A stretch of 64,000 nt of DNA from Lentisphaeria bacterium (GCA_041690595.1 JAWLHB010000021.1:1-64000); one strand, 5' to 3'; counted from the first letter of the stretch, positions 29,057 to 39,840 are shown. Notes: generated by a model from the sequence alone, not told the origin. A program made the numbers and translations.

Positions 29057-32000
29057 ATGACTCCAGGTCGGAAGCGTTTTGGCGGGCTGCGGTCGCGCTT
29101 TGTGCGGCTCGTTATCCTTATCTATCTGGTCAGCGGAGTGTTGTCGCTATGGGCTTTCTACCTCGTAGTGCGTCAGACCACGACCACCCTGGCTGAAAAA
29201 TTCGCCATGCAATATGCCATGCGCGAAAAATACCGCATCTCACAGCCGATCGAACGGGAAATCGCCCTGTGCCGCAAGCTGGCAACCACCCCCCTCCTGA
29301 TCGACTGGACGCGTGACGAATTCGACCCGGAGCTGCGTCAGGAAGCGCTCGAGGAGCTCGAATCCTATCGTCAATTGTTTGCTGATCGAAGCTTCTTCTT
29401 CGCCATCGCTGCATCCGGCAACTACTACTACAACGATGCGGCAGCGACCTATACGGGAAAGGAACTCTTCCGCACCCTCGATCCCGATCTCGAACGCGAC
29501 GCCTGGTACTATGCAACCCTCAAACTGCCCAGCGACTATGCCGTCAACGTGGACTATGATCCCGAAGATGTCCAGTCAACCCGGCTGTGGATGAACTTCC
29601 TCGTGCGCGATGGGCAGGATACCGTTGCCCTCGCCGGCACCGGGCTGACCCTCGGCCCCTTCATCGACCAGATGCTCCTCGAAGGCAAGGACGGCGTAAC
29701 CACCATGCTGCTGGACCGCAGTGGCGCTATCCAGGCCCATCGCAATCCAGAGTACATCGATGTCGATACGATCCTCAAGGATGTTGCCGAGCGCAGCCGC
29801 GTCTTTCGTTTCCTCAGCGACGAAGTCGAGCAGCAGCGGCTGCGCGGGATCCTCACCGCGCTCGGAGAAGGGGAGGAGGAGGTGGCGATGATGCCACTTC
29901 ACTTCGACGGCAAGGATCATCTGGCCGCCGTCGCTTTCGTCCCCAGCCTCGACTGGTATGTGCTCGTGCTGGTCGACCCCACCCAGGCTCTCAGCGCCTC
30001 ACGATTCCTCCCCTTCGCCCTGTTGCTCACGATCTCACTTCTCGCCATGGTTCTGGTGATTGTCCTCCTCCTCAACCGGCTTGTGATGCGCCCCCTCGAC
30101 GAGATGACCAACGCCGTCCACGTCATCGAAAGCGGCGACCACGAGCGCCGGCTCTCCACTGAGCATCCCGATGAGTTTGGCGAGCTGGCCAGTGGCTTCA
30201 ACGCCATGCTGGATACCATCGCTCGCTATACCGGCGAGCTGCAGAAATCTCGCGATACCCTCGAAGAGCGGGTCACGGAACGCACCGCCGAGCTGCGGCA
30301 CGAGATCGTCGAGCGCAAGCGAGCAGAGGCCGAGGCAAGATCCGCGGCCGAGACGAAAAGTCAGTTCCTCGCCAACATGAGCCACGAGATCCGCACCCCC
30401 CTCAATGCCATCGTCGGTCTCACCTACCTGGCGCGACAGGGAGAGTTGACGCCCAGGTTGAGAGACTACCTCCGCAAGATTCACTCCGCTTCCAATGCCC
30501 TCCTGGGCGTGATCAACGATATCCTCGACTTCTCCAGGATCGAGGCTGGGCGCCTGCAGATGGAAGTGGCACCATTCAATCTCGAGGAAGTGCTCAGCAA
30601 CGTCTCCGATGTCGTGATCCCGCGCGCCGAGGAGAAAGGCCTCGAACTGGTTATTCACATCGAACCGAACGTCCCCCTCGACCTCGAGGGCGATTCCCTC
30701 CGCCTCAGCCAGGTCCTGATCAACCTCATCAACAACGCCATCAAGTTCACTGAACATGGCGATGTCCTGACCCGCGTCGCACTCCTTCACAGCGGCGAAG
30801 CGGATGTTCGGCTCCAGTTCAGCGTGCGCGATACCGGTATCGGCATGAATGCCGAGCAGAAGGCAAAGCTCTTTCAGGCCTTTACCCAGGCAGATGCATC
30901 GACCACCAGGCGCTATGGCGGCAGCGGTCTCGGGCTCTCCATCAGTAAACGCCTCATCGAGATGATGGACGGAGATATCGACGTCGAAAGCACCCCCGGC
31001 GAAGGCAGCACCTTTGTCTTCTCCGCCCTCTTCAGGACATGCGATACCAAGCCGCGACACCAGATGCTCCCGGCACCCGACCTGCGCGGCCTCCATGTTC
31101 TGGTCGTCGACGACAACGCTACGGCCCGCGACGCGCTCTCCGCCATGCTCCAGAGCTTCTCCTTCGTCGTCACAACCGCCTCCTCCGGCCAGGAGGCTCT
31201 CGATCTGCTGCGACAGCATTCTTACGATATGGTCCTGATGGATTGGAAGATGCCGGACATGGATGGATTGACGACAACCCGCCGCATCCACGGTGAGACG
31301 AACCTGCCTGCGCCGACTGTCATCATGGTCTCGGCCTTCAGTCGGGAAGAGGTGATGAAAGAAGCGGCCGGTGCGGGTGTGGGTGCCTACCTGCTCAAGC
31401 CGGTCAACCAGTCGATCCTCTTTGACACGATCATGGAGTTGTTTGGCCACAAGGCCACGCGGTCGCTCTTGGTGGAGGCGCAGGGGCTGCGAGGCAGCGC
31501 CGAGTTGCGCGCCCGCGCCGGCGCCAGAGTACTGGTGGCCGAAGACAACAACATCAATCAGCAGGTGGCCCGCGAGCTGCTCGAGCAGGCAGGCATAAAA
31601 GTGACCCTGGTGGGCAACGGCCTGGAAGCCGTGGCCGCGGTTCGCTCACAACCATGGGATCTTGTCATCCTCGACATTCAGATGCCTGAAATGGATGGTT
31701 TCGATGCCGCCAGGGCTATTCGGGCCGATGGCCGGTTCGCCCAACTCCCGCTGATCGCCATGACCGCCCATGCCATGACCGGCGACCGCGAGAACAGCTT
31801 GAAGGCCGGCATGAACGACCACCTCACCAAGCCCATCGACCCCGAACAGCTCTACGCCGCGCTCATTCGCTGGATTCAACCTACGCGCCGCGAAGAGACC
31901 GCCGACACGCCAAGCCCCACGCAGATACCCGTCGCCGCCAATGCACTGCCTCCCGCCCTTCCGGGCATCGACATCGAACAGGCCCTGCGCTCCGTCGGCG

Positions 32001-32560
32001 GCAATCGCAACCTCCTTGTCAGGCTCCTGCGTGACTTTCGCAATGACTATCGCGACTGCGACGAACGCTTGCGCGAAGCCGTCACGAAGGGAGATCTCCA
32101 GTTTGTCCAACGGACCGCCCATACCCTGAAAGGCGTGGCCGGAAATCTTGGCGCGCGGGCTCTGCAGGATTCTGCCGATTGTCTGGAAAGGCTGACCCAG
32201 ATGCCGGATTCACTAAGCCCTGATGCATGCCGGCCATTCGTGGAGGCGATACGGGAAGTTGTCCAGGGGCTTGAGGCCCTGCCGGAACCCGCCCCAACCG
32301 CACCACCATCCCCCTCACCCGACGATTCGAGCAACCGCGATCTGCCGGCAATCGCGCACCGTCTTCACAACATGCTGAATGCCGGCGACCCCGAATCCGC
32401 CGACCTCCTGGAACAGCTTCATCCCTTGGTCGACTCGGTCGAGGATGAAGGGACCTATCGCGAAATAGAGCGCATGATCGCCGCTTTCGATCTGGAAGAT
32501 GCCGCCGATCTCCTCGAGAGCTGGCTCAAGGCGCACAACCTGGAACTGCATCATGAGTGA
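29057..32560 (+). CDS. Hybrid sensor histidine kinase (TM, periplasmic sensor, TM, HAMP, HisKA, HATPase, REC, REC, Hpt)
   Basis: FLANMSHEIRTPLNAI, NNAIKFT, DTGIG, FTQAD.STTRRYGGSGLGL, two REC domains, AHTLKGVAGNLG. Confidence 0.96.
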   Translation: MTPGRKRFGGLRSRFVRLVILIYLVSGVLSLWAFYLVVRQTTTTLAEKFAMQYAMREKYRISQPIEREIALCRKLATTPLLIDWTRDEFDPELRQEALEELESYRQLFADRSFFFAIAASGNYYYNDAAATYTGKELFRTLDPDLERDAWYYATLKLPSDYAVNVDYDPEDVQSTRLWMNFLVRDGQDTVALAGTGLTLGPFIDQMLLEGKDGVTTMLLDRSGAIQAHRNPEYIDVDTILKDVAERSRVFRFLSDEVEQQRLRGILTALGEGEEEVAMMPLHFDGKDHLAAVAFVPSLDWYVLVLVDPTQALSASRFLPFALLLTISLLAMVLVIVLLLNRLVMRPLDEMTNAVHVIESGDHERRLSTEHPDEFGELASGFNAMLDTIARYTGELQKSRDTLEERVTERTAELRHEIVERKRAEAEARSAAETKSQFLANMSHEIRTPLNAIVGLTYLARQGELTPRLRDYLRKIHSASNALLGVINDILDFSRIEAGRLQMEVAPFNLEEVLSNVSDVVIPRAEEKGLELVIHIEPNVPLDLEGDSLRLSQVLINLINNAIKFTEHGDVLTRVALLHSGEADVRLQFSVRDTGIGMNAEQKAKLFQAFTQADASTTRRYGGSGLGLSISKRLIEMMDGDIDVESTPGEGSTFVFSALFRTCDTKPRHQMLPAPDLRGLHVLVVDDNATARDALSAMLQSFSFVVTTASSGQEALDLLRQHSYDMVLMDWKMPDMDGLTTTRRIHGETNLPAPTVIMVSAFSREEVMKEAAGAGVGAYLLKPVNQSILFDTIMELFGHKATRSLLVEAQGLRGSAELRARAGARVLVAEDNNINQQVARELLEQAGIKVTLVGNGLEAVAAVRSQPWDLVILDIQMPEMDGFDAARAIRADGRFAQLPLIAMTAHAMTGDRENSLKAGMNDHLTKPIDPEQLYAALIRWIQPTRREETADTPSPTQIPVAANALPPALPGIDIEQALRSVGGNRNLLVRLLRDFRNDYRDCDERLREAVTKGDLQFVQRTAHTLKGVAGNLGARALQDSADCLERLTQMPDSLSPDACRPFVEAIREVVQGLEALPEPAPTAPPSPSPDDSSNRDLPAIAHRLHNMLNAGDPESADLLEQLHPLVDSVEDEGTYREIERMIAAFDLEDAADLLESWLKAHNLELHHE

Positions 32561-34178
32561 AGATAAACCACGCATCCTGATTGTCGACGATGAGCGCTTC
32601 GATATTGCTCTCATCCTCGAAGCCCTCGAAGGCATCTGCAAGCCGATTGTTGCCAAGACCGGCGAACAGGCACTTCGTCTCGCCGCCAGCGAACCGCCGC
32701 CCAATCTTATTCTCCTCGATGTCACCATGCCCGACATCAGCGGCTACGAGGTCTGCCGACGCCTCAAGGACAACCCCAGGACCGCGGGCATCCCGATTCT
32801 CTTTGTCACCGGCCTGCAGGAGGAATCCGCCATCCTCCAGGGCATCCGCTCCGGCGCTCTCGACGTTATCGCCAAACCGCTCAATCCGCGGCTCCTTCGC
32901 GCCCGCATATTCAACCTGCTCCAGCTATTGCGCAGCCAGTTCGATCTCCTGCATGCCTACACGACAACTCCCCAGGAGAAGTGGATTGAGCAACTGGATC
33001 ACATGGACGACGATCTCGATCACCTGCGCGGCAAACCCACCATCCTGATCGTCGACGACGAGCCATTCCTCCAGACCATCCTCGATGAGGCCCTTCACGA
33101 CGAGTTCACCATTGTCACCGCAAGTTCTGGGGAGGAGGCGCTCGATCGGGTCCACCAGGAGCCCCGCCCGGAGCTGATTCTGCTCGACGTAGTCATGCCC
33201 GGAATGGATGGCTACACCGTCTGCCGGAAGCTCAAGGCCAATCCCCATACGCAGGACATCTCCATCATCTTCGTGACCGTGATGGGACACGACACCAACG
33301 AGTACAAGGGCTTGCAGATGGGCGCGATCGACTACCTGGTCAAGCCGATCAACCCGGTTATTGTCAAGACCAGAGTGCGCAATCACCTGCGCTTGCGCCA
33401 GGCCATCGGTGATCTCCGCTGGCGTTCACGTCAGCTCGAAATTGCCAACAACGATCTTCGGCGTGCCTTCGGCAACGTCAAGGAATTGAGCGAACACCAG
33501 CGCTTCTTTCTCGGCACGGCTGCTCACGACCTTCGCAGCCCCCTGACCTCCATTCACAGCTTTGCCCAGACTCTGCGAGATTCCGAGGAACGTGGCGATC
33601 CCCTCCTGCCGGCTGAACGACTCGATATGGCCCGTCACCTCGAAAAGGTGAGCGAGCACATGCTCGATGTCGTCGACAACCTGCTGACTACCGATTCCGT
33701 CGACAGCGGTCTGCTCGAACTCGATCGCGTCGAGGCCGATCTGACGGTACTGGTCCAGCCCGTCATCGATATCAACCAGAAGCGCGCACGTGAGAAGGAA
33801 CTGCAGCTCCTTTACGAACCTCACCGGCCCGCCGAGGCGTGGGTCGATTCCACCCGCATTCGCGAAGTCGTTGACAACCTGATCGGCAATGCCATAAAGT
33901 TCTCACCGCCGGGTACCTGCATCCGCGTCAAAGTATGGCAGGAAGCGAGCGATGCCCGCATTGAGATACGTGACGAAGGCCCCGGCTTGACGGCGGACGA
34001 TCGCGCCAGGCTGTTCGGCCGCTTCACGCGCCTCTCCGCCAAACCGACCGGCGGCGAAAAGTCCACCGGCCTGGGACTCTACCTCTCCCGCCGCCTGGTC
34101 GATCTGCATGGCGGTAAGATCCTGGTGGAGAGTGCCCCCGGAGAAGGCGCCACCTTCACGGTCGTCCTGCCGCGCTGA
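32553..34178 (+). CDS. Cytoplasmic hybrid kinase (REC, REC, HisKA, HATPase)
   Basis: Two ILIVDDE/LLDV.MP receiver domains, AAHDLRSPL, NAIKFS, DEGPG, STGLGL. Confidence 0.93.
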   Translation: MSEDKPRILIVDDERFDIALILEALEGICKPIVAKTGEQALRLAASEPPPNLILLDVTMPDISGYEVCRRLKDNPRTAGIPILFVTGLQEESAILQGIRSGALDVIAKPLNPRLLRARIFNLLQLLRSQFDLLHAYTTTPQEKWIEQLDHMDDDLDHLRGKPTILIVDDEPFLQTILDEALHDEFTIVTASSGEEALDRVHQEPRPELILLDVVMPGMDGYTVCRKLKANPHTQDISIIFVTVMGHDTNEYKGLQMGAIDYLVKPINPVIVKTRVRNHLRLRQAIGDLRWRSRQLEIANNDLRRAFGNVKELSEHQRFFLGTAAHDLRSPLTSIHSFAQTLRDSEERGDPLLPAERLDMARHLEKVSEHMLDVVDNLLTTDSVDSGLLELDRVEADLTVLVQPVIDINQKRAREKELQLLYEPHRPAEAWVDSTRIREVVDNLIGNAIKFSPPGTCIRVKVWQEASDARIEIRDEGPGLTADDRARLFGRFTRLSAKPTGGEKSTGLGLYLSRRLVDLHGGKILVESAPGEGATFTVVLPR

Positions 34179-34203
34179 CAGCTACGTCAGCCGTACGAAT
34201 GCC

Positions 34204-35796
34204 TCAGTCTGCCTGCTTCTTCTCCCCGAGTCGCTGGAAGGTCTGACGCAGGAAGGTGGTCCCGACGACGAAGAAAGCTCCGCAGCTGATCAACGTCATG
34301 CTGTCACCCGAAACCGCATATATCTGGCCAATCAGGCTCACGAACGTGGTGAAGAGGAGCCAGCTTCCCACAATGATAGCCATGCCGAAGTTCCGCTCGA
34401 AGCAGAGCGAAGACCAGCCGCCCAGACTCATCCCCGCATAGGTGGCGGTGACATAGTAGGCAACCACGTACACGACCTCCTCCGCAAAGAAATCATCCAC
34501 GGCATCTTTCAGCAGAACCACACTGGCAAGACCAATCAGGCCAAGCACCAGATACGGGAGCCCCGCCAGCAGCAACGCTCCATACTTCCCGAAGATGATC
34601 TCCCGCAGCTTCAGATCCGAGTTGACCAGCAAATCCAGCGTGCGCGACTTCTTCTCCTGGCTGAACATCCGCGATCCCCCGCTGAACAGATACCCCGGAA
34701 AAAGTGCCAGTCCGAATACCGCTACGGCGTACGTGGCGCTTTCGACAAAGAAGCCATCGGAGACCAGCAGCTCAAAAAAATCCTCCAAGCTCCTGCTGCC
34801 GGAGAAGTAGCCATCCGTAATCATCGTGGTCAGCAGCGGCAGGCAGGCGATCAGGCAGCAAAAGATCACGGCTCGCCGCCAGGTCCTCACGATCCCGCCA
34901 CTCTCCTTATGAAACACCTGCCAGAACAACGGATTGCCGGCGATCGGCGGCGCCTTCCGGTCGGCGCGCAGCAGCTTCCGCTTCTGCAGCCGCTGGCGAA
35001 GACGAAGCAGCAGCGAGGGACTCTCGTAGTTGCGCACCATCCATGGAAGCAGGAAGCGCGTCACCCCCAGCAAGACGCTGCCGAACACCACATTGAAGAG
35101 GGGGTTCCACCATACGGACGATCCGGGAACGCCGGAGAAGATCAGCTCCGCCGCCGCAAAGCTGGATACGATCTGCATCACGCCCCACGACCTTATCGGC
35201 GAGGTTGCACCCGAATACATGTGCATCGTGAGGAGGAACGGCAGGAAGAGGTAGAGCAGAAGCAGGGTGATGGAGAGTAGGATACGCATCTGCCGGTCGT
35301 TCTGCCCGATCGTTCCACAGCACAATCCCAGGCTCGTCCCGAAAAAAGTGAGTGCCCCCAGCAGCGCCGTCAACTGGAGCACCTGCGAGGTGCTGATACC
35401 CCCGAACGACATGCCCAGCATCAGCAGGGGAAGGATCAGCAGCACAATGCTGTAAGCGAGCAGCAGGTCGGCCACCAGGCGGCCGATCAGGATGCCGGAG
35501 GAGGACATATCCGTCAGCCACAAGACAGGCAGGGTACGCTGCTCCTTCTCCGTGATCATGTCGCTCGCAGCAAGATAAGGTGCCGCGATGGCAAGCAGCA
35601 CGATCAGCATATGCCCGGCGCTCTTCGCGATCAACAAGCCGAGAGTCGAACGATTGATCCCCCTCCAGGCCATCGCCAGAATGAGCGTAATGACTGCCAC
35701 CACGGCCGCCAGCAGCAGGACGCGCCGCACATAGAACAACCGATGCCGCGGGCGCGCCATCAGCTCTCGACCGATTATCGTCAACAACGCCTGCAT
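34204..35796 (-). CDS. ABC-2 type transporter permease-like membrane protein with two repeated halves
   Basis: EKEQRTLPVLWLTDM...ILIGR and EKKSRTLDLLVNSDL..REIIFGK; many TMs; alternative start at 35817. Confidence 0.78.
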   Translation of the reverse strand: MQALLTIIGRELMARPRHRLFYVRRVLLLAAVVAVITLILAMAWRGINRSTLGLLIAKSAGHMLIVLLAIAAPYLAASDMITEKEQRTLPVLWLTDMSSSGILIGRLVADLLLAYSIVLLILPLLMLGMSFGGISTSQVLQLTALLGALTFFGTSLGLCCGTIGQNDRQMRILLSITLLLLYLFLPFLLTMHMYSGATSPIRSWGVMQIVSSFAAAELIFSGVPGSSVWWNPLFNVVFGSVLLGVTRFLLPWMVRNYESPSLLLRLRQRLQKRKLLRADRKAPPIAGNPLFWQVFHKESGGIVRTWRRAVIFCCLIACLPLLTTMITDGYFSGSRSLEDFFELLVSDGFFVESATYAVAVFGLALFPGYLFSGGSRMFSQEKKSRTLDLLVNSDLKLREIIFGKYGALLLAGLPYLVLGLIGLASVVLLKDAVDDFFAEEVVYVVAYYVTATYAGMSLGGWSSLCFERNFGMAIIVGSWLLFTTFVSLIGQIYAVSGDSMTLISCGAFFVVGTTFLRQTFQRLGEKKQAD

Positions 35797-35897
35797 GAGC
35801 GACTCCAGAGATACCATTACACTATCTCATATCAATAGCCGCCATCAGCCGGATTGCGAACCAGCTTCCCACTATTGGGTAGTGAGGAATGAGGTGT

Positions 35898-35946
35898 TGC
35901 GGCGCGGCCTCCCAGCGGGGGCGGGGGCCGCGCCCCCGGGACCGCA
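35898..35946. repeat. GC-rich palindromic (REP-like) element
   Basis: gcgcggcctcc...gggggccgcgc stem, alternative cgggggcg/cgcccccg stem, outer tgcgg/ccgca. Confidence 0.5.
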
Positions 35947-36076
35947 TCCAAGCCCCTTTTACTATAATTGAAAATAAACTCCTTGCACACCTTGCCCCTG
36001 CCTTACCAACCCGTTATCTTTCTGTGTCTTGCCTATCGGATCATTAGAACTGCTGACATGAGGGCATTGAGGAGAT

Positions 36077-36715
36077 ATGTCAAGAACTCTGGTTCAACAT
36101 GCGTGTGCTGTCATGGCAACCGTGGTGTCGATCGTGGTCTGTCAGTCGCTGTATGGTGAAGATATCGGGGAGTTGCGGGATGTTGTGGTTGAAAAGACTG
36201 ATGATCGGATGGTGGTCTCTTTTGTCATCAAAGAGGGTCAGTGCATCCTTCTTGGGATGTTGGAGGGTGATCATTCGTCCATTCGACCAATGAGTGGAAC
36301 CGTCTTCGATATTGTTGCTTCGCCAGAAACTGGAGACATCATTCGGTTGAAATTCCAGATCATGTCTCCAGAACGCAAGGATCCAGAGCGAAGATGGTCC
36401 TTCGGCTGGGGGCATGACGTGGGACGATGGTGGTTGTCTTACAGGTGGCACAGAAGTATCAGCGAAAGCGAAGTGAGTGAAGTTGGTGGCATTATCTCCT
36501 TACCCGGAATGAACGCAGATAATGCCATTCATCTTTTCCCCTTCCGTAGATTGGCGGATTCCACTGTGGACTGTGTAGTCCTTCTTGTTGCACCTGACAC
36601 TGAAACACTGAAGAGCCTCAGCACGTTCAAGGAGCATCCATACTTTGGTTGGGAGAAGAGCTTTCGGAAGATGAGTACGGGATTCCCTCTGGATATAATG
36701 AGTGGTGAGGAATGA
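36077..36715 (+). CDS. Hypothetical exported protein with lower GC than its neighbours
   Basis: SD gaggag; signal-like N-terminus; many A/T-ending codons. Confidence 0.65.
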   Translation: MSRTLVQHACAVMATVVSIVVCQSLYGEDIGELRDVVVEKTDDRMVVSFVIKEGQCILLGMLEGDHSSIRPMSGTVFDIVASPETGDIIRLKFQIMSPERKDPERRWSFGWGHDVGRWWLSYRWHRSISESEVSEVGGIISLPGMNADNAIHLFPFRRLADSTVDCVVLLVAPDTETLKSLSTFKEHPYFGWEKSFRKMSTGFPLDIMSGEE

Positions 36716-36796
36716 AGTGCCGCGGCGCGGAAGTCGAACCACTCGAGTAATCCATGCGCCCAGTACCATCTTCATGATTCGCCGCCGGTCGAGACG

Positions 36797-38131
36797 TCAG
36801 CGGGGGGTGGTGACGGGTGCAGCCGCGGGATGCATCGCGATGGAGGTGGGGCGCCAGAGGGCGTCCAGCTTGGTGAGGGCATCCTCGAGGGCGGCGTCGA
36901 TGCCTGGGGCCAGCGGGGCAGGCCAGTGATATTCCCAGTAGCTGTCCACTTCGTAACCATGCTCGGCAAGCTGGCGATCGACGGGCAGGTAGATCTGGCA
37001 ACCATTGGAGTAGCCGAGGGGCATGGTGACGCCGTCATCCCGGTAGTGGTCGAGGATGAGCAGCCCGATCTCGGCAACGGGTTCTGCCTCCAGCGCGATC
37101 ATGCGCAGGTTGGCGCCAAGCCGGATGCCGTGCAGGGTGATGGGCGCCGCTGCCGGCAAGGTGCCGTCGAGCGCCAGCCGTTTCAGCATATCGCGCGCCC
37201 ATCGCGCCTTGTCGTTGGCGTCGGTCTGAAGCTCCTGGAGAATGGCAGGGTCGGTGGCGTCGCCCAGAGGGAACTCGATCTCGAACATGATGGTATGCAG
37301 GCTCGGTTTGACGGGTTTCCAGGCAGTGTCGGGAAGCGCGGCAACGGCGTCGGCTAGCTCCTTCCCGGCTTCCTGCATGGATTCCCAATTGCCCGGCACC
37401 CAGCGATCGGCACCGGCTACCTGACGCGGCTTGGTGTCGCCCGCGGCTCCCTGAAGATAGATGGCCCCCTGCGTGTCGTAGAGGCGATTCAGTTCCCGCA
37501 CCGCAACCCCGGGAAACTCCGCCGATACTTCGCTCAGATAGATGATCGACGGATGGCATGAGGCCGAGATGACGATGCTCTTCACGCTGCCGTCCATACG
37601 ACGGAAAAGCGTGGCCGGCAGATGGTTGCAGACGGGGCCGTCGGGATCCGGTGCCCACTGCGCCTGGCCCGCCGCATCGATTCGGCGGCGGGAGACGGGC
37701 AGCCGGGTCTCCGTTGCCGCGGTGCTGCAGGTGACCGGCTCGAGGTTGCCGATCGCCGCTATGGTTGCCTCCAGGATGCGGCTCTCGACCACCTTCAGCC
37801 ACGCTGGGTCGGGTGCCCCCGAATAATGCCATTCACTCGTCCGCGGGCCGGCATGGGTATGACTGAAGTTGAGGAGAATCTGACGCGGACAGAGCCCGGT
37901 GCGCCTGCCGACCGCACCGACCAGCCGATCGCTCACGGCCCGATCGAAAAAGAGCAGATCGAGGGCCAGGATCAGGAGCCGTTCGCCATCCTGTTGGAGA
38001 AAGAGGGTGCGGACGTACAGGTCGTCATGAATGGCCTCGATGCCACCCTTCTGCAGGAGCCCTTCCATCTGCATGCCAAGGGGGGGCGTGATAACCCGAC
38101 GATCGAATCCAAGCTGCAATGGGCATGACAT
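36797..38131 (-). CDS. Neutral/alkaline ceramidase-like family hydrolase
   Basis: ITPPLG, IHDDLYVR, SHTHAGP, SCHPS, SAEFPG, QGAAGD, GYSNG...YLP, GYE. Confidence 0.8.
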   Translation of the reverse strand: MSCPLQLGFDRRVITPPLGMQMEGLLQKGGIEAIHDDLYVRTLFLQQDGERLLILALDLLFFDRAVSDRLVGAVGRRTGLCPRQILLNFSHTHAGPRTSEWHYSGAPDPAWLKVVESRILEATIAAIGNLEPVTCSTAATETRLPVSRRRIDAAGQAQWAPDPDGPVCNHLPATLFRRMDGSVKSIVISASCHPSIIYLSEVSAEFPGVAVRELNRLYDTQGAIYLQGAAGDTKPRQVAGADRWVPGNWESMQEAGKELADAVAALPDTAWKPVKPSLHTIMFEIEFPLGDATDPAILQELQTDANDKARWARDMLKRLALDGTLPAAAPITLHGIRLGANLRMIALEAEPVAEIGLLILDHYRDDGVTMPLGYSNGCQIYLPVDRQLAEHGYEVDSYWEYHWPAPLAPGIDAALEDALTKLDALWRPTSIAMHPAAAPVTTPR

Positions 38132-38407
38132 GAGCGATCTCCTCTTCCCGATGTAGTAGGCTCAAAGGGCACGCCGCTCGCCGGCGAGCAACAGAGTGAA
38201 CACGCCGGAATGGACGCATCCTGCTACACTATATCCCCGTTCCCCGCGCCGTCACCAGCCCAGCTGCATATCCGTCATCTCAGGGCCTCGATCTAACCGG
38301 TTTGGCATCGGCCCCGTTGGGGTGGAAAAGGGCAAAAAGCAGGGATATAGTATGGATTCTCCCGGGGAAGTATCTTTTACGATTTCTTATGTGAGGATGA
38401 TTGAGCG

Positions 38408-38776
38408 GTGATGATCAACCTGTTGAGCGGCAAAATCCACAAGGCGCGGCTCACGGAGTGCGTTCTGCACTACGAGGGCAGCATGGCGATCGATCTGGAT
38501 CTGCTGGACAAGGCAGGAATCCTGCCCTACGAGCGCATCCTGATCGTCAACATCACCAATGGTGAACGCCTGGAGACCTATGCGATTCCGGCGGCTCGTG
38601 GTTCGCGCGCCTTCATCCTCAACGGGGCCGCCGCCCGTCGCGGCCAGGTGCGCGATGTCGTCACCGTCATGAGCTTCCGCCAATTCACCGCTGATGAAGC
38701 GGCCAGTCACCAGCCGCGCATCCTGATCCTCGATGAGCGCAACGAGATCGAGCAAACCAAGGGGCCGGTACCATGA
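38408..38776 (+). CDS. panD: Aspartate 1-decarboxylase
   Basis: KIHKA, YEG/SMAID autocleavage site, NGERLETYAI, LNGAAAR. Confidence 0.95.
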   Translation: MMINLLSGKIHKARLTECVLHYEGSMAIDLDLLDKAGILPYERILIVNITNGERLETYAIPAARGSRAFILNGAAARRGQVRDVVTVMSFRQFTADEAASHQPRILILDERNEIEQTKGPVP

Positions 38777-39840
38777 GTCTTGCAGCCGATACCCTCTATG
38801 CGGAAATGAAGCGCAAGCTGGCCAAGATCGTGCCCGACTTCGAGCTGCGCTACAAGGCCGAGCTTGCCGCCGAGATCAACGAGCTGAAGAAAGAGCGCAA
38901 CGCGATCATTCTCGGCCATAACTATATGGAGCCCGCCCTCTTCAACAGCGTCCCGGACTTCAAGGGCGACTCGCTGGAGTTGAGCCGTATCGCGGCCACC
39001 ACGGACAAGGATATCATTGTCTTCTGCGGTGTCCGCTTCATGGCCGAAACGGCGAAGATCCTCAGCCCGGAGAAGACCGTACTGCTGCCCGCCAAGCGTG
39101 CCGGCTGCTCCCTCGCCGCCAGCATCACCGCTGAGGATGTGCGCGAGCTGAAGCGGCGCTTCCCGGGTGTCCCGGTGGTCACCTATATCAATACCTATGC
39201 CGACGTCAAGGCCGAGACCGATGTCTGTTGCACCTCCAGCAACGCCAGCGCCGTCATCGAAGCACTCGGCACCGATACCGTCATCTTCCTCCCCGACGAG
39301 TACCTCGCCAAGAACGTGGCGCGGGAGACCGGCAAGCACATCATCTTCCCCAGCAAGATGCCGAAGGTCGGCGATGAACTCGACTATCAGTTGATCGGCT
39401 GGCACGGCCGCTGCGAAGTGCACGAGCGCTTCACGGTTGAAGACATCGAAAACGCGCGCCGCCAGTTTCCGGACATTGTGGTGCTGGCTCATCCGGAGTG
39501 CCCACCCGACGTGGTCGAGGCCTCTGATTTCTCCGGCAGTACCTCGGGGATGATCCGGTATGTTCAGGAAACGAAGGCACCTCGCTACCTGCTCCTCACC
39601 GAATGCAGCATGGGCGACAACATCATCGCCGAGAATCCGGACAAGGAGCTGGTGCGCCTCTGCAGCATGACCTGCCCGCACATGAAAGAGATCACTCTGG
39701 AAGAAACGCGTGACGCGCTGTTGAAAACGCAGTATGTTATTGACGTACCGGAAGAGATTCGCGTCCGGGCGAGGCGCTCCCTGGAGCGCATGCTGGAGAT
39801 TGCTCCGGCGCCCAAGAATCGCCTTCCCGCCAATAACTGA
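38773..39840 (+). CDS. nadA: Quinolinate synthase
   Basis: ILGHNY, GDSLEL, FCGVRFMAETAK, AGCSLA, YINT, CEVHE, AHPEC, CPHMK. Confidence 0.96.
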   Translation: MSLAADTLYAEMKRKLAKIVPDFELRYKAELAAEINELKKERNAIILGHNYMEPALFNSVPDFKGDSLELSRIAATTDKDIIVFCGVRFMAETAKILSPEKTVLLPAKRAGCSLAASITAEDVRELKRRFPGVPVVTYINTYADVKAETDVCCTSSNASAVIEALGTDTVIFLPDEYLAKNVARETGKHIIFPSKMPKVGDELDYQLIGWHGRCEVHERFTVEDIENARRQFPDIVVLAHPECPPDVVEASDFSGSTSGMIRYVQETKAPRYLLLTECSMGDNIIAENPDKELVRLCSMTCPHMKEITLEETRDALLKTQYVIDVPEEIRVRARRSLERMLEIAPAPKNRLPANN

